Origin: Octopus bimaculoides
Lineage: Eukaryota
Length of the DNA: 64,000 bases
NCBI RefSeq assembly: GCF_001194135.2
Contig: NC_068998.1
Span: 43,932,611-43,996,610, forward strand
Direction of reading: 5' to 3'
Shown: positions 1-13,060 of the stretch, piece after piece
How the letters are laid out: each line of letters begins with the position of its first letter
Position numbering within the stretch: position 1 is the first letter of the stretch
Program-made: the position numbers and the translations under genes
The notes under the pieces: generated by a model
The model's input: only the letters and a program-made list of their open reading frames with translations
What the model was told of the DNA's origin: nothing
Databases searched by the model: none

Positions 1-249
1 ATCTGATGGCGATTTCTTATTGCTGATGAGGCCTTGACATGTCACTAAATGCTTATCTAAGCTAGTGATAGATATACCTCTCTGCTCAAGTCAATTGTAG
101 GCTGGACGTGGTTAACCTGTGGCCTGGTGATGAGTCCTGGCCATTAGTATCTAGGTTGAATTTAACAAGGACTGCAGAAAGTCAGATGATGTACGATGGG
201 GCATCTCATTTGATTCTCTACCAACTTTTCCAATCTGCCACTTTTAGAT

Positions 250-368
250 GGTATTATATTAATTAACCCTGAAAGATTAAAAGTTAACTTTAGTATGATT
301 TGAACCCAGAGTGAAGAAATCCAAAAGGAATACCACAAAGTGTTCTCCCCAGCATTCTTATGATTCTT
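250..368 (-). mobile_element. SINE family B (Meta/MESC-like), degenerate fragment
   Basis: Decayed match to the CCCTGAAAGGATGAAAGGCAAAGT...ATTTGAAC motif seen in better copies at 5621 and 59514. Confidence 0.5.
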
Positions 369-1138
369 TGAGACTGACACATTTATTTCATCTTCCTCAT
401 TTGCTATTTCATGGCACTATTTTTTAGGATGAGATGAAATGAAATGAAATATGCAGAATTTTATTTTCACTCTGTTGATACATAGGGCAACATAAGTTGA
501 TAAAAATGGACAAACTACCACAATTGATAGTCAAGTATTTTATTCACCTGGTTATTTTGCCTCTGAACGTCCTTAGCTCCCCCAACTCTTAGTGCATTTT
601 TCTCTTAAGACTTCTGTGATTTTACTGTAGTTTGGTAATTAATGCGGAAATGTCTGTTACATTAATTAAATTATTTTGATGTCTTTGGAAAACAATGATG
701 TTGTTCCTTACAGTTTTCGAAAAGGCCAAGAAATTCACTGCATCTCTGATGATGAGGAAGACAGGAGGCTGTGTAACTCGATACAAAGGAGTTCTTTTTA
801 AAGAATACATTCTTGTTTTTTTTTACATATATACATTTCTTGCCATCAGTAAATGATAGAGGCCTACACATATCGGTATACATGAATGCATACATATGTA
901 TGTGTGTGTATGGAGATTAATTTTGAAAGTTGCATTCCCTCGCTTTTGGTAAATATGTTGCTTATTTTTTTGGTAGTTTTTGACTTATTTAGTCCCTCGA
1001 AGTGTGAGGCATTACTACACAGTTAATGCCCTTTATATAAATTATATATATTTATGGAAAAAAATGATTTTTTTTTCATTATGAAGTTTTTTTCACGCTG
1101 ACTACTTGATAAAATCTTATAAAGATTTTATCCTATAT

Positions 1139-1192
<54 letters not shown>

Positions 1193-1911
1193 GCACACAC
1201 ATACATGAATTATATTACCAATTATGTTGTGTGTGTGTTTGTAGAGAGAGAGAGATCTGGCAGTAGATCATATATCGAAAGGTAAAAAGCAATTAATAAT
1301 TGTGTTTGTGTGGTGTGGGTGTGAGATGTTTGTCTAATCTAAATTCGTACATTGTAATCTGTAGCACACCCCCAGAAAAAGATGTTTTCCTTCAATACAG
1401 ACCACATTAATGTGGTAGACACAGAGGTCATCCTTCAGAAAATGCACAAGAAAAGAAAACAGATCAGTTGAAACAACAGTTTCTCATAAGTTTTAAATTA
1501 GAAAGTGTCATTTTCTAAATTAAAAAAAATCTTTCATTTGAAATCATTAAAATTCCCAAAGGTGATTCCAATTCATGTTGCACTATTGTATCTGCTCTTA
1601 TGAAGTTTGAACTCATAAATAACTCACGACAAACAACAAAGATAAATAAAACTTAATTATCATGGGGACATTTTGATTCATTTAATGACAAATGTATTAA
1701 TATCCTAAGAGAATATTGAAGGTCATTCGATGATCATCTATAATCTATATAAGATGATGAATTGTTGAACACTAAAGAGGAACAGCAGCTAAACATGAAC
1801 AGCTATTTACTGGCTGAAACATTTGTATAGCTGATAAAAGCCAAATAGACAAGTGGAGTAAATTGGGTATTGGGTTGCTAAAACTGAGTGTATATGTCTC
1901 TGTATTCACAT

Positions 1912-1967
<56 letters not shown>

Positions 1968-2414
1968 AATGTTTGTTATATGTAAGTTAAACAGTGTTTC
2001 ACATTATTCGAATCAGTGTTTTGTTCCACTGACCTTTTGGTCAACTGTAAGACGTTAGCGGGTTGAGAATAAATTATCACAAACTGTTTAAATAGTGTGT
2101 GTGTCACTGTTTCAGGTAATTGCATGGTCTCTGACATCAATTACTATCCATCATTTGTCAGGAGGAGGAGTTTGGGCATATGTGTAAAGGGTGAAAGAAG
2201 TTAATTTTTTGAAGAAAGGTGACAAATATAGTTCACCATCAGCTGCAGCTGCACTGGCGTCAAGATCATTTTACATTCTTTTTTTATACTGGCATGGATT
2301 AGACATTTCATTTTACTTAAGTAGATGAGTCACCTCCTGGTCAGGTAGTTTCGTTTTGGCATGGTTTCTAAGATTTCATGATTGGTGGTGTTTCTTAACT
2401 TTAGTCACTTCACA

Positions 2415-2545
2415 GGGTGCATTTATTTGTGACAGCACTAGAGAGGTTACCCTGCCTTTGGCAAGACTCCTCCCAACCTTGCATTGTCCCTGCTTAATTT
2501 TCCCACCAGTTTACAGAGTGCAGTGGGTGCATTTTATTATTGCAG
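2415..2545 (-). mobile_element. SINE family C fragment
   Basis: Reverse complement has AAAATGCACCCACTGCACTCTGTAAA, shared with family C copies. Confidence 0.5.
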
Positions 2546-2599
2546 TAGCACTTGTGACTTCACCTTGTAACTCACAAGACTAAAGACCTTCCACAACTG

Positions 2600-3060
2600 T
2601 GAGAGAGAATGTCAAACGAGGTTGATGACAGTGGGCAAGGTGTTGAGAGAAGTTACAGTAACATAGGAGGAACAGGTTTATTGTCATAAGAAGGTAGTAG
2701 TGAAATGAGCAATAGAGGGATCAGTTTTGGAGAAGGGAGTAACAGAAGGGACAGAATGTTAGGGGTTAGTGAGGGAGTCAGAAAGTGATAAGAATGATGA
2801 TGGGTTAAGTTATGGAGGAAGAGTTTCCATATTATATAAATCAGTGAAGGAGTGCATAAAGGAGATATAAAGATGATGATGATGGGGAGTCATCATATAC
2901 TCTTAGAATAATGTGTCCAAGAGCATTAATTGCAGATAATTTAAAGACAAACGAATCAAGGAAAAGTAGATGAAAGCTCTGAGCAGAGCATAACAGGTAA
3001 TATATATAAATACATATATAGACACATGTCATAACAATTAAAACTATTCTTTGTGTTCAG
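2600..3060 (-). mobile_element. Decayed CR1/Jockey-like LINE, C-terminal region
   Basis: Minus frame LYILPVMLCSELSSTFP resembles the post-RT FYRY..G.CS.EL motif; same flavour as 45985-46560; many stops. Confidence 0.4.
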
Positions 3061-3098
3061 TGTCAGATCAGCTATAACTCCACATGTGCCACTTGAAA

Positions 3099-3512
3099 TA
3101 GGTGTGGTGGTGTGGTAAGAAGTGTACTTCCCATCCATGTGGTTCCTGGTTCAGTCCCACTGTGTGGTGCCCTGGGCATGCTGACCAAAGCCTTGTGAGT
3201 AGGTTTGATACATGGAAACTGAAAGAAGCTCATTGTCCATATATTTGTACATATATATATATATATCTGTTTGTCTTTGTGTCTGAGTTTGACTCCACCT
3301 CATTGCCCTATCACTGCTTGACAACTGGTGTTGGTGTGTTTGCATCCCCGTTAACTTAGCAGTTTGGCATAAGGGACCAATAGAGTAAGTACCAGGCTTG
3401 AAAAAAAAAAGAAGTACTAGTAGGTGGGGGTTGATTCATTCAACTAAAATTTCAAGGCAGTGCCCCAGCATGGCCACAGTTTAATGCCTGAAGCAAGCCA
3501 AAGATAAAGGAT
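3099..3512 (+). mobile_element. SINE family A (tRNA head, CORE-like domain, internal TA/TG microsatellite)
   Basis: Head GTGTGGTAAGAAG...GGTTCAGTCCCACTG and 3' CCCAGCATGGCCACAGT, homologous to 56011-56452. Confidence 0.8.
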
Positions 3513-4759
3513 ATAAGAAATGTATAATGAAGTGACAACAGAAAGCTAGGTAACTGCAAGACAGTATATCAATTAGTTTGGTCTGCTGTGTTTCTTAAGC
3601 TCTGCTCACCATTCTAAAATATGATATACAACAGCTTCACTATATCAGTTTGCAGCAGCCTGCTAGAACTTATGAAGAACACTGGCTAATTTGTAATACA
3701 TATATTACTTTATGTGTAATTTTCCTTAGACCATCTTTATTGACTAAGCTGCCTAGTGTGTTGTTAGTTCATATATAATATAGATTCTAATGTATGTTCA
3801 TATATGCACACATACTGACACACATACATGCATATATACCTACGTACATGTACGCATGCATGCTTACAGACATACAGTTGTTTCTCTAGTAGTAGTCTCT
3901 TTGTTTCTTCTATATTATTTTATATATTATTTTCAAAATATTATTTTTCATTTCTGTTCTCTGATGGATGCAGTGAACCATATGTCAAACAGAAGAAAAC
4001 CATAGAAAGGCTTATGTAATTATGTTTACTTGTGACAAACATATGCAATGTTTCTAATAACATGTATTGAATACTTTTGTTCATTTATAAACATAAGCAT
4101 TCACCTTTTCATAGATGTATAGTTCATCTTTGTAGTTAACATTCTTTAGATATGTAGTTTTGTTCCTTTTTCTTTTTTGGTTTCAAGGTTCCTTGTCATT
4201 TCTTTCTTATTACCTGTATCTTATTGTTGGAGAATAGAATGTGGAAAATAAGTAATAAATGAGAAAACAAGAATGGAGTCTGCTCCTACGGCATGAAAGA
4301 CTTTTCATTAGTGTCAAATGTCAGATACCTGGTGTCTAGGAAATAGTTATTTAACATCTGAAAGATGGAGAGAAGTTGAAAATTATATCATTACATAACT
4401 GATGGAATATGTTGATAACCATCATGTGAGAAAATGATACTTTCATGATGATGATGATGATATAACTACTTTTAATTAATACCATGTTATTATGAATGAT
4501 ATTGTGTAGTTATCAGCTACAAATTATTGCTATTATTGATGTGTTTATGATAATTAATTTACAAGGAATGAATTACATTGTATTATAAAGTTGATTAACA
4601 TGCATGGTAATGATGATTAAGGCAGCAGTATTTATGAGTGACATCCTGTTATCAGATCTGTGCAATATCCATACAGAAGACAGCAAACTATTTACAAGTT
4701 CACTGTGGCATAACTAGAATTTGTGCAGCCAACTCTGCAAAAATGTCTGGCAGAATAGT

Positions 4760-5020
4760 TTCATCACCGTGTGAACATCTCAGACAATCCCAGCTGACAG
4801 CACTACTATTTATGTAGAATTTATTCCAAACCACAAATGGTCGCTAATAGCTGTGACAAGCCAGAAATTTGTGGAAACTTTTCATAGAACCCAGGCTGAA
4901 AGTCATTCTAGAACAGGTTCTCCAGTTGGTCTTCATCAAAATGAAAAGTTTTGCCAAGAATGCCATCACTCAAGCCTATCAATAAACCTCTACAGAATGC
5001 AAAGATTGTCATACTAGTAA
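4760..5020 (-). mobile_element. Possible very decayed mariner transposase fragment
   Basis: Minus frame GKTFHFDEDQLENLF*ND resembles the mariner GRP..FDED.L..L...D segment; weak. Confidence 0.3.
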
Positions 5021-5028
5021 CTGCATTG

Positions 5029-5078
5029 CCTAGGAACTGCAAGAACTAGGAACTGCAAGAACTAGGAACTGCAAGAAC
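5029..5078. repeat. 16-bp tandem repeat x3 (CTAGGAACTGCAAGAA)
   Basis: Three near-identical adjacent units visible directly. Confidence 0.9.
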
Positions 5079-5194
5079 AATAGATATAAAGATAAGAGAC
5101 ATCAATACATCTTTTCTACAGCAAGAAACTCATTCTACTTCCTTTTGTATTTTAACTTCTTAACACTTACCACAAAGCTGCCTCTTTCTGTGCT

Positions 5195-5400
5195 AAGGTC
5201 CCACTCAGTCGATGGTGGTCTTAGTCTTGCAAGCTATAATGGTGATCTCACTAATGCAGGTGTCAGGAAAAAAGCACCCAATACTCTTTATAAAGTCGTT
5301 GGCATTAGAAAGGAGATTCAGCTGTAGAAACTATGCCAAAGCAGACACTGGAGCATGATGCAGTTCTCCAACCCACCAGATCCTATCAAAATTGTGCAAC
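5195..5400 (+). mobile_element. SINE family C copy
   Basis: AAAAAAGCACCCAATACTC...GTTGGCATTAGAAAGG...CAGCTGTAGAAAC family motif. Confidence 0.7.
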
Positions 5401-5620
5401 TGGTCTTACAAATGAACAACCCAGTACTTGAGTGGTACATTGTTTTATCAACTCTAAAAGAATAAAAACTAAAGTTGACCTCAACAGGATTTGAACTCAG
5501 AACAAAAAAAAGCAAAAGAACAAACAGCTGAAACAAATAGTACAAGACATTTTGTTTAACACTGTGATGATTATTCCAGTCCACCATTTTGAGATGATGA
5601 TAATTATAATAATGTTAAGA

Positions 5621-5828
5621 ATAATAATTCTTTCTATAGTCACAAGGCTTGAAATTTGGTGGGAAGGCGTCCAGTTGATTATGATAAGATCAAACCTCAG
5701 TACACAACTGGTACTTAATTTATCGATCCCAAGAGGATGAAAGGCAAAGTTGACCTTGGTGGAATTTGAACTTGGAACATGAACTTGAAACAGGCGAAAT
5801 ACTGCTAAGCGTTTTGCCCAGCATGCTA
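5621..5828 (-). mobile_element. SINE family B copy
   Basis: CTGGTACTTAATTTATCGATCCCAAGAGGATGAAAGGCAAAGTTGACC; tRNA-like B box on the minus strand. Confidence 0.85.
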
Positions 5829-5851
5829 AATGCATAGTGGTATTTCGCCTG

Positions 5852-5852
<1 letters not shown>

Positions 5853-5896
<44 letters not shown>

Positions 5897-6072
5897 TATT
5901 ATAATAATAATAATACTTATTATTATAATAATAATAATACTTATTATTATAATAATAATAATACTTATTATTATAATAATAATACTTATTATTATAATAA
6001 TAATAATACTTATTATTATAATAATAATACTTATTATTATAATAATAATACGTATTATTAAAATAATAATAA
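5853..6072. repeat. Compound (AAT)3-4-ACT-(TAT)3 minisatellite, 8 units of 21-24 bp
   Basis: Directly visible; forms the tail of the SINE at 6075. Confidence 0.95.
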
Positions 6073-6074
6073 TA

Positions 6075-6270
6075 GCAGTTTCAAATTGTGACACAAAGCC
6101 AGCAATTTTGGGGGAGTGGTTAAGTCGATTACAACTGGTACTTATATTACTGACCCTGAAAGGATGAAAGGCAAAGTCAGCCTTGGCAGAATTTGAACTC
6201 AGAACATAAAGACAGACGAAATGCCGCAAAGCCTTTTATCCAGCGCAGTAACGATTTTGTCAGTTCGCTA
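6075..6270 (-). mobile_element. SINE family B copy
   Basis: GACCCTGAAAGGATGAAAGGCAAAGTCAGCC...TTTGAACTCAGAAC...GACAGACGAAAT. Confidence 0.85.
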
Positions 6271-6749
6271 ATAATGATAATAATAACTGCCTCATGGCAA
6301 AGTAAGTGCTGCTTGTTGTGTTGACTCAAACAACGGTATTAGACATCATTTCCAGTGACAGTATTAAACATGACATTGAAAGATTGTTCAATTTACTGAT
6401 TCCCAAACAGACCGTTTCCTTTGCATTTACAAATTAAGCTTCCACTGTAAAAATCAGGTTGTGTTCAAATCAAACATCATCAAACAAGAAGGCTGGAACT
6501 TTCTAGGGTATGTGAAGAAATTAAAAAGACAGGAAGCTTTGCAGCATTAGTACTTAATTAACTACTATTTTTGATAAACACTGATACACTGCTTCACTGA
6601 ATTAAGACTTCAATGTTAATATCAGGACTGATTTGTTTATTTTCCAGTAGAGTTTAGCTTGCTGTATCTCTGCTAGGCTGACTCTCATATTTACAAATGT
6701 TTGTCTACATCCCCTTATATACACACGCATATATATATATATATATATA

Positions 6750-6788
<39 letters not shown>

Positions 6789-7029
6789 CCAACTAACTGA
6801 AGGAAATGTTTGTTGGTATTTATTTATAGCTCACTAGTTTTAAACATATCTTCTAACATGGAGAAAATTGGTTCAAACTCTCCTACAGGGTCTGTTTGTG
6901 TTGACTATTTGAATTATTTCTCCTTCACAACTTTCACACACTCCACATTTAAATCTGTCCTTTTACTCTCAATTTGCTTTTCTCACCATTCATCGTTGTC
7001 TCAACTTCTATCCCTCCTTTTATATACCT

Positions 7030-7527
7030 GGGTTTGTATATACGTGTGTGTGTGTGTATACACACACATATATGATTGTATCTATAAATGTTTATATGTA
7101 TGTATATATATATTTATATGTTTGCATGTGTGTATGTATATATGTATGTGTATGTATGTATACATATATATGTGTGTGTGTATGTATGTATGTATGTATA
7201 TATATATATATATATATATATGGAAGTAAAAATAAATACAAAAAAGGGGGATTTTTGTAAGATTGTGTATAGAGGAATATATTATTTTGTTTAAAAGAGT
7301 TCCAACATTGTCTGTTTTTTATGTTTTTATATTCCTGCAAAACTAATGTGGGATATAGAATATGGAATATACAATATATAATATAATATACAATATATAA
7401 TATAAAATAAAAATGGATGGTACTATGAAATGGTATTGAATGTCTTATTGAATATATGGAATATATATATATAGATACGTGTGTATGTATATATGTACAT
7501 ATATATGTGTGTGTGTATGTATGTATG

Positions 7528-7566
<39 letters not shown>

Positions 7567-7600
7567 ATGTATATGTATTTATATATATATGTATGTANNN
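7030..7600. repeat. (TA)n/(TG)n/TATG compound microsatellites; gap 7598-7659
   Basis: Low-complexity sequence; source of spurious YI/CV ORFs. Confidence 0.9.
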
Positions 7601-7799
7601 NNNNNNNNNNNNNNNNNNNNNNNNNNNNNNNNNNNNNNNNNNNNNNNNNNNNNNNNNNNATATATAAATATGTATATATATTCTTTTCTATTTTTTCGTG
7701 TTCCTTTCTGTTGAAGGTCCGGGTGTCCTAATGGCTAACAATCAATGGTGGATAGTTTATATAGATATAATATAGTTTATATAGATGGATGAAATGATA

Positions 7800-7980
7800 T
7801 CATTTACCATCCTGTTTCCATGCTTATATAAGCTCGATAGATTTTAGAGGCTCTGAGGAGTTCAAAGACTGTGACATGCATCAGTGCCTACTTTGGGGTG
7901 GTTTCTATGGCTGGGTGAATTTCCCAACAATAATTACTTTCTGAGTGTGCTGGATGCCTTTTGTCATGACACCAGCATGA
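7800..7980 (-). mobile_element. SINE family C fragment
   Basis: Reverse complement TGCTGGTGTCATGACAAAAGGCATCCAGCACAC matches family C. Confidence 0.55.
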
Positions 7981-8033
7981 TTATCTCATAAATTGCAAGG
8001 CTTCCTAAAGTAGTGCCCCCTCCCCATAATTAT

Positions 8034-8392
8034 ATGGTTGTGTGGTAAGAAGCTTACTTTACAACCATATGGTTCCAGGTTCAATCCCACTGTGTGGCAC
8101 CTTGGACAAGTGTCTTCTGCTATAGCCAAAACTTTGTGAGTGGATTTGGTCGATGGTAATTGAAAAAAACCCTTCATATATATCTATATGGTTGTGTGTC
8201 TGTTTGTCCCTCCGCCATTGTTTGGCAACTGATGTTGGTGTGTTTACTAACCCTATAACTTAGTGGTTTGGCATATGAGACCAATAGAATAAGTACTAGG
8301 TTTACAAAGAATAAGTCCTGGGGTCGATTTGCTCGACTAAAGGCAGTGCTCCAGCATGGCCACAGTCAAATGACTGAAACAAGTAAAAAGAA
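8034..8392 (+). mobile_element. SINE family A copy
   Basis: Head, CORE-like GTGGCACCTTGGACAAGTGTCTT and 3' ACTGAAACAAGTAAAAAG all present. Confidence 0.9.
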
Positions 8393-8524
8393 TATAATTA
8401 TGTGATCTGATAATGTTCCTTTGGATATGTCAGCCCCCCCCTCCCACGTACATACACCTATGCACATATATGTTTACCTATTACATGTAGATGTTTATGA
8501 TTGCATAAATATTATACCTGTTAG

Positions 8525-8897
8525 CTTGTTTCAGTCATTGAACTTTGGCCATGTTGGGGCACCGCCTTGAAGTGTTTACTCAAACACACAGACTTTCCAC
8601 TGGTTATTTTTTTTTAATCTTGGTACTTACCCAATTGGCCATTTTACCAAACCACTAAGTAATGAGAATGTAAACAAACCAACACAGGTTGGCAAGCGTT
8701 GCTGGAGAACAGACTCGTACAGGAACACACACACACACACACACACATACACACACACGCATACACACACACGCATACTCACCAAGCTTTGTTTGGCCTA
8801 AGATTAAGGCAGAAGACATTTGCCCAAGATGCCTTGCAGTAGGACTGAACCTGGAATCCTGTGGTTGGGAAGCAAACATCTTACCATACAGCTATGT
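8525..8897 (-). mobile_element. SINE family A copy, tail-to-tail with 8034-8392
   Basis: TTGTTTCAGTCATT... at left; GAAGACATTTGCCCAAGATGCC...CTTACCATACAGC at right. Confidence 0.8.
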
Positions 8898-8904
8898 CTA
8901 TCTA

Positions 8905-8906
8905 TG

Positions 8907-8944
<38 letters not shown>

Positions 8945-8954
8945 NNNNNNNNNN

Positions 8955-8990
<36 letters not shown>

Positions 8991-9058
8991 TATATATATA
9001 TACAGCATATATACATAAATATATATATATATATATACTGTGTATATACATACACAGA

Positions 9059-9089
<31 letters not shown>

Positions 9090-9097
9090 CAGCATAT

Positions 9098-9130
<33 letters not shown>

Positions 9131-9310
9131 TATACTGTGTATATATGTGGGTGTGTATATATATATACATGCTTGTGTATATTCTCTGTGAATGTGTGTA
9201 TATATATATTTATGTATGTGTGTATAAATTAAAACACACACATATATGTATACATATACATGGACACAGATATTTGTGTGTGTGTATGTGTGTGTGTGTG
9301 TGTGTGCACG
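8905..9310. repeat. (TA)n/(CT)n/(TG)n compound microsatellite
   Basis: Directly visible. Confidence 0.9.
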
Positions 9311-9695
9311 CGCATGTGTGAGCGTCTAATGAAAGGAAGGAATTTATTTGAGACAAAAGAAATTGCAAAATATGCTGTTGAGTTAAAACAAGAATAATTA
9401 AAATTTGAAAGATATATTTGAAATGAATTAGTAAATTTCCTTAGTCTAAAAACTGAAGTCTCAGGAGTTGCAATAACAAAACAGATCAACACTAACAAAA
9501 ACACAAAAAACATACTTCAATATGGTGGTTATTAAAAGGATATATTATCTTAGAAACGTATATAATAGAAACATGGTGATTATGTTGTTGTTCTATGTGT
9601 TGTTGTTATTAGTTACTGTTTGTTTTCCATCTTCTTAATTCTTTGAGATGTAATCAATGTGTAAATATATCTATCAAGCTCATTCTTTAGATCTG

Positions 9696-9738
<43 letters not shown>

Positions 9739-10183
9739 ACACACATAGCTATTTTGATGCACACATATGCATGCGCATACTGCGTGATATTATGTATAAT
9801 TTGAAGGTATATGTGTATGTATGTGTATTTGTGATATGTGAATGAATATATTATACACACATACATTTACATTTCAAAATGTATGAGATTTATGCATGTG
9901 TCTGTGTAAACATTTGTGTGTCCAATCACACACACACACGCACACACACACATAGCTTGTATGCCCAGACACAAACAATTTTTGCATCTTTGGGTGTTAG
10001 TATGCATTAAGCAAATATGTAGAGATGTAAAATTTTATGTGTTTGCGTGTGTGTGTGTATGCACATGATATATTCATGTTAGCATATGATTATGGAGAAA
10101 TTTTTCTCTCACTCTCTCTCTGCACATTGTGTGTGTGTGTGTGCATACATATATATGTATATGTCATTTTGTGTGTGTGTACA

Positions 10184-10257
<74 letters not shown>

Positions 10258-10399
10258 GTATAGAAATTTCAAGAACACATCAATTGACATATATTAAGAG
10301 ATATGTTCAATGAATGCTTAGATCTGTTTACCACTAAAACTTCAGCTTCAAGTGCAAATGGATTTAAGGTGTTAAAATTGCCAATCTAAGGTGGCTAGA

Positions 10400-10730
10400 A
10401 GCAATACCTGATTCACCAGGTATAAATAGATCAGAAATGGAAGCTGGACAAGCAAAACATTTAGCATTACTTGAGGATATTTACTTCATAATGGAGACTA
10501 GAAATAAAGTATAGATAAAGCCTAGAACAGTTACGGTAGATAAGTAAATTCTCCTACAGCTGTTTCTGGAATACTTGAGTAAGTGGGTCATGTTAATGTG
10601 TAATGAAATTACATAATCCAAGTATCCTATTATTGGAAAGATTGAGGTAAAACAGGATAGAAAGATCCTTAATTGAGGATATTTGTTGTCAGCTAGCGCA
10701 AGGGGCAACTCTATTAAGAGATTCCATGAT
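10400..10730 (+). mobile_element. Possible decayed LINE APE endonuclease
   Basis: GINRSEMEAGQAKHLALLEDIYFIMETRNK resembles APE N-terminal N.NG...DI...ET; multiple stops. Confidence 0.25.
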
Positions 10731-11338
10731 TAAGTAAATAATGAATTAATGAAGTCGTAGAGTTAATGTTGTGTGTATTTGTATTTATATATATCCATAT
10801 ATATACATAATTGTTGAACAATGGAAATCAGTGCTCAACACCATATTGGTGGATATAATTTCTTTATTTGTGTATTAAGGCTACCGTTGGTTTCATGTTA
10901 AGAAAAGTAGGAAAATATCCTAGTGTCTTAATAGTTTTCAAGCTGATCACATGGAGAAAGGTGTATATAATTCTTGTTTTTTGACCAATTCAGTCTCAGT
11001 GCAGCAAGACTGACTTGATTAAAATGAAAGTATTACGAGTCTCTACAATATTATTGAGTAGTGTTTCTTCTGAAAGTCAACACAATGTGTATATGTATAT
11101 ATATATGGTTTAAAATTGTGCAAAATCAAAAGACAGAGATGAGTGAGGGAACAAGAAGAAATATTAGTTTGATGCTCAATGAAAATGGAAGAGTCTTTGA
11201 TTTTTTTGAGCGTACACTATTTTACAGAAAAGAATCAGATGAGGAGAAAAAACAGATGGAGAGAGAGAGAAAAATTGACAGAGAAAATTTTTTTTATATA
11301 TACATACACACATATATATACATATGTTATATATATAA

Positions 11339-11401
<63 letters not shown>

Positions 11402-12364
11402 CACACAAGCATTTCAATAGGGATTTTTTTCTATCTATTAGTCTGAAAGAAAGGCAATGCCTGTTACCCTATTATCCTTTTCAGGGCTCAGAAGACTGGT
11501 TAGAATGTTATTCTCACAGCAGGTGCTAGACCAGAATGCTTGTCACAGAATTGTCTACTAAAGGTACGGATGTTATGAAACGGTGGTACTAAACTTAGGG
11601 ATAGTTAAAGTCTACCAAACATGTCAGTGTTGGTGGGATTTTAACTCAAAATGGGACAAATATTACAAAGCACCCTCTCCCATCATTTACAGTTCTGCCA
11701 ATCAACTGCCCCATATTGTTTTCTTTTTTCTTTTTTGAAACTCAATTAAATGAAAGGCATAGCTGACCCCAGCAGCATTTGAACTTAGAGCAAATAAATT
11801 CAAAAGTGTGGCAGATATGTTATCGAACTCTCTAATGAATCAGCCAATTCACTGACATAAATATATTTGTATGAAAATTCATATGGCTATATGAAGAATG
11901 TTAGTGCATTAAAAATGTGCTTATTTCTAAATGAAAAGTTAAGAAAATCCTCAAATCCCAAGTAGATGTCATTATTTTCTCTCCTTTCTCTGTACCTACT
12001 CAGCTTCTACTAATGATTTATACATCCAGTTGAAACAATGGAATATATTAATAATAGATATATATATAAGAACCATGCATATATAGATACACATACACAA
12101 TATATAAATATATAAAGGATACATGAAATGAGAATTTGATTAAATAAAACAATGTTGTCCGTGTGTAATAAACCAACAAAAACAGAACAATACTGAAAAA
12201 TAAAAAAAACTCAAAAAATCTGTATATTCATATGATAATGTTTGTATATAAATTTCATTGTTTTATCATACTTCTATAGAAAGACAATTAGTTGATGCTA
12301 TTCATCTCTGAAACAGACAGCAATTTTGTTGTAAATCCATAAGAAAACAATATATAACAATGTC

Positions 12365-12397
<33 letters not shown>

Positions 12398-12447
12398 GCA
12401 TATCATTAATAAATATATATGCATATATGGTGGTTAATTTACTGTCA

Positions 12448-12481
<34 letters not shown>

Positions 12482-12539
12482 CGTGCATGTTTAAGTGTGC
12501 AAATGAAAGAAAAACAGACTCGGTACTTTGCATAGAAAT

Positions 12540-12668
12540 TATATTTCATTTAATTGTAGTGGATTCTATATATATACATATATGTGTGTGAGTATGTATC
12601 TAAGTATGTCTGTGTATATATATATGTATGCATGTGTGTGTGTGTATATATATATATAGATAGGCATG

Positions 12669-12720
<52 letters not shown>

Positions 12721-13060
12721 NNNNNNNNNNNNNNNNNNNNNNNNNNNNNNNNNNNNNNNNNNNNNNNNNNNNNNNNNNNNNNNNNNNNNNNNNNNNNNNN
12801 NNNNNNNNNNNNNNNNNNNNNNNNNNNNNNNNNNNNNNNNNNNNNNNNNNNNNNNNNNNNNNNNNNNNNNNNNNNNNNNNNNNNNNNNNNNNNNNNNNNN
12901 NNNNNNNNNNNNNNNNNNNNNNNNNNNNNNNNNNNNNNNNNNNNNNNNNNNNNNNNNNNNNNNNNNNNNNNNNNNNNNNNNNNNNACACCCACATATATA
13001 TACCTATACACATGTACACCTATACATAAGTATATCTGCTCATGCATGTATACATATATG
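12540..13060. repeat. (TA)n/(TG)n microsatellite spanning gap 12721-12985
   Basis: Directly visible. Confidence 0.9.

Noticed and set aside
127-180. GTGATGA-GTCCT...AGGAC-TGCAGAAA, a hammerhead look-alike
   Set aside because: C3 missing, extra bases before GAAA, no stem III or NUH site.
6411-6507. Possible exon ending ...QEGWNFLG with donor GTATGT
   Set aside because: Acceptors are weak or ambiguous and no homolog is recognised.
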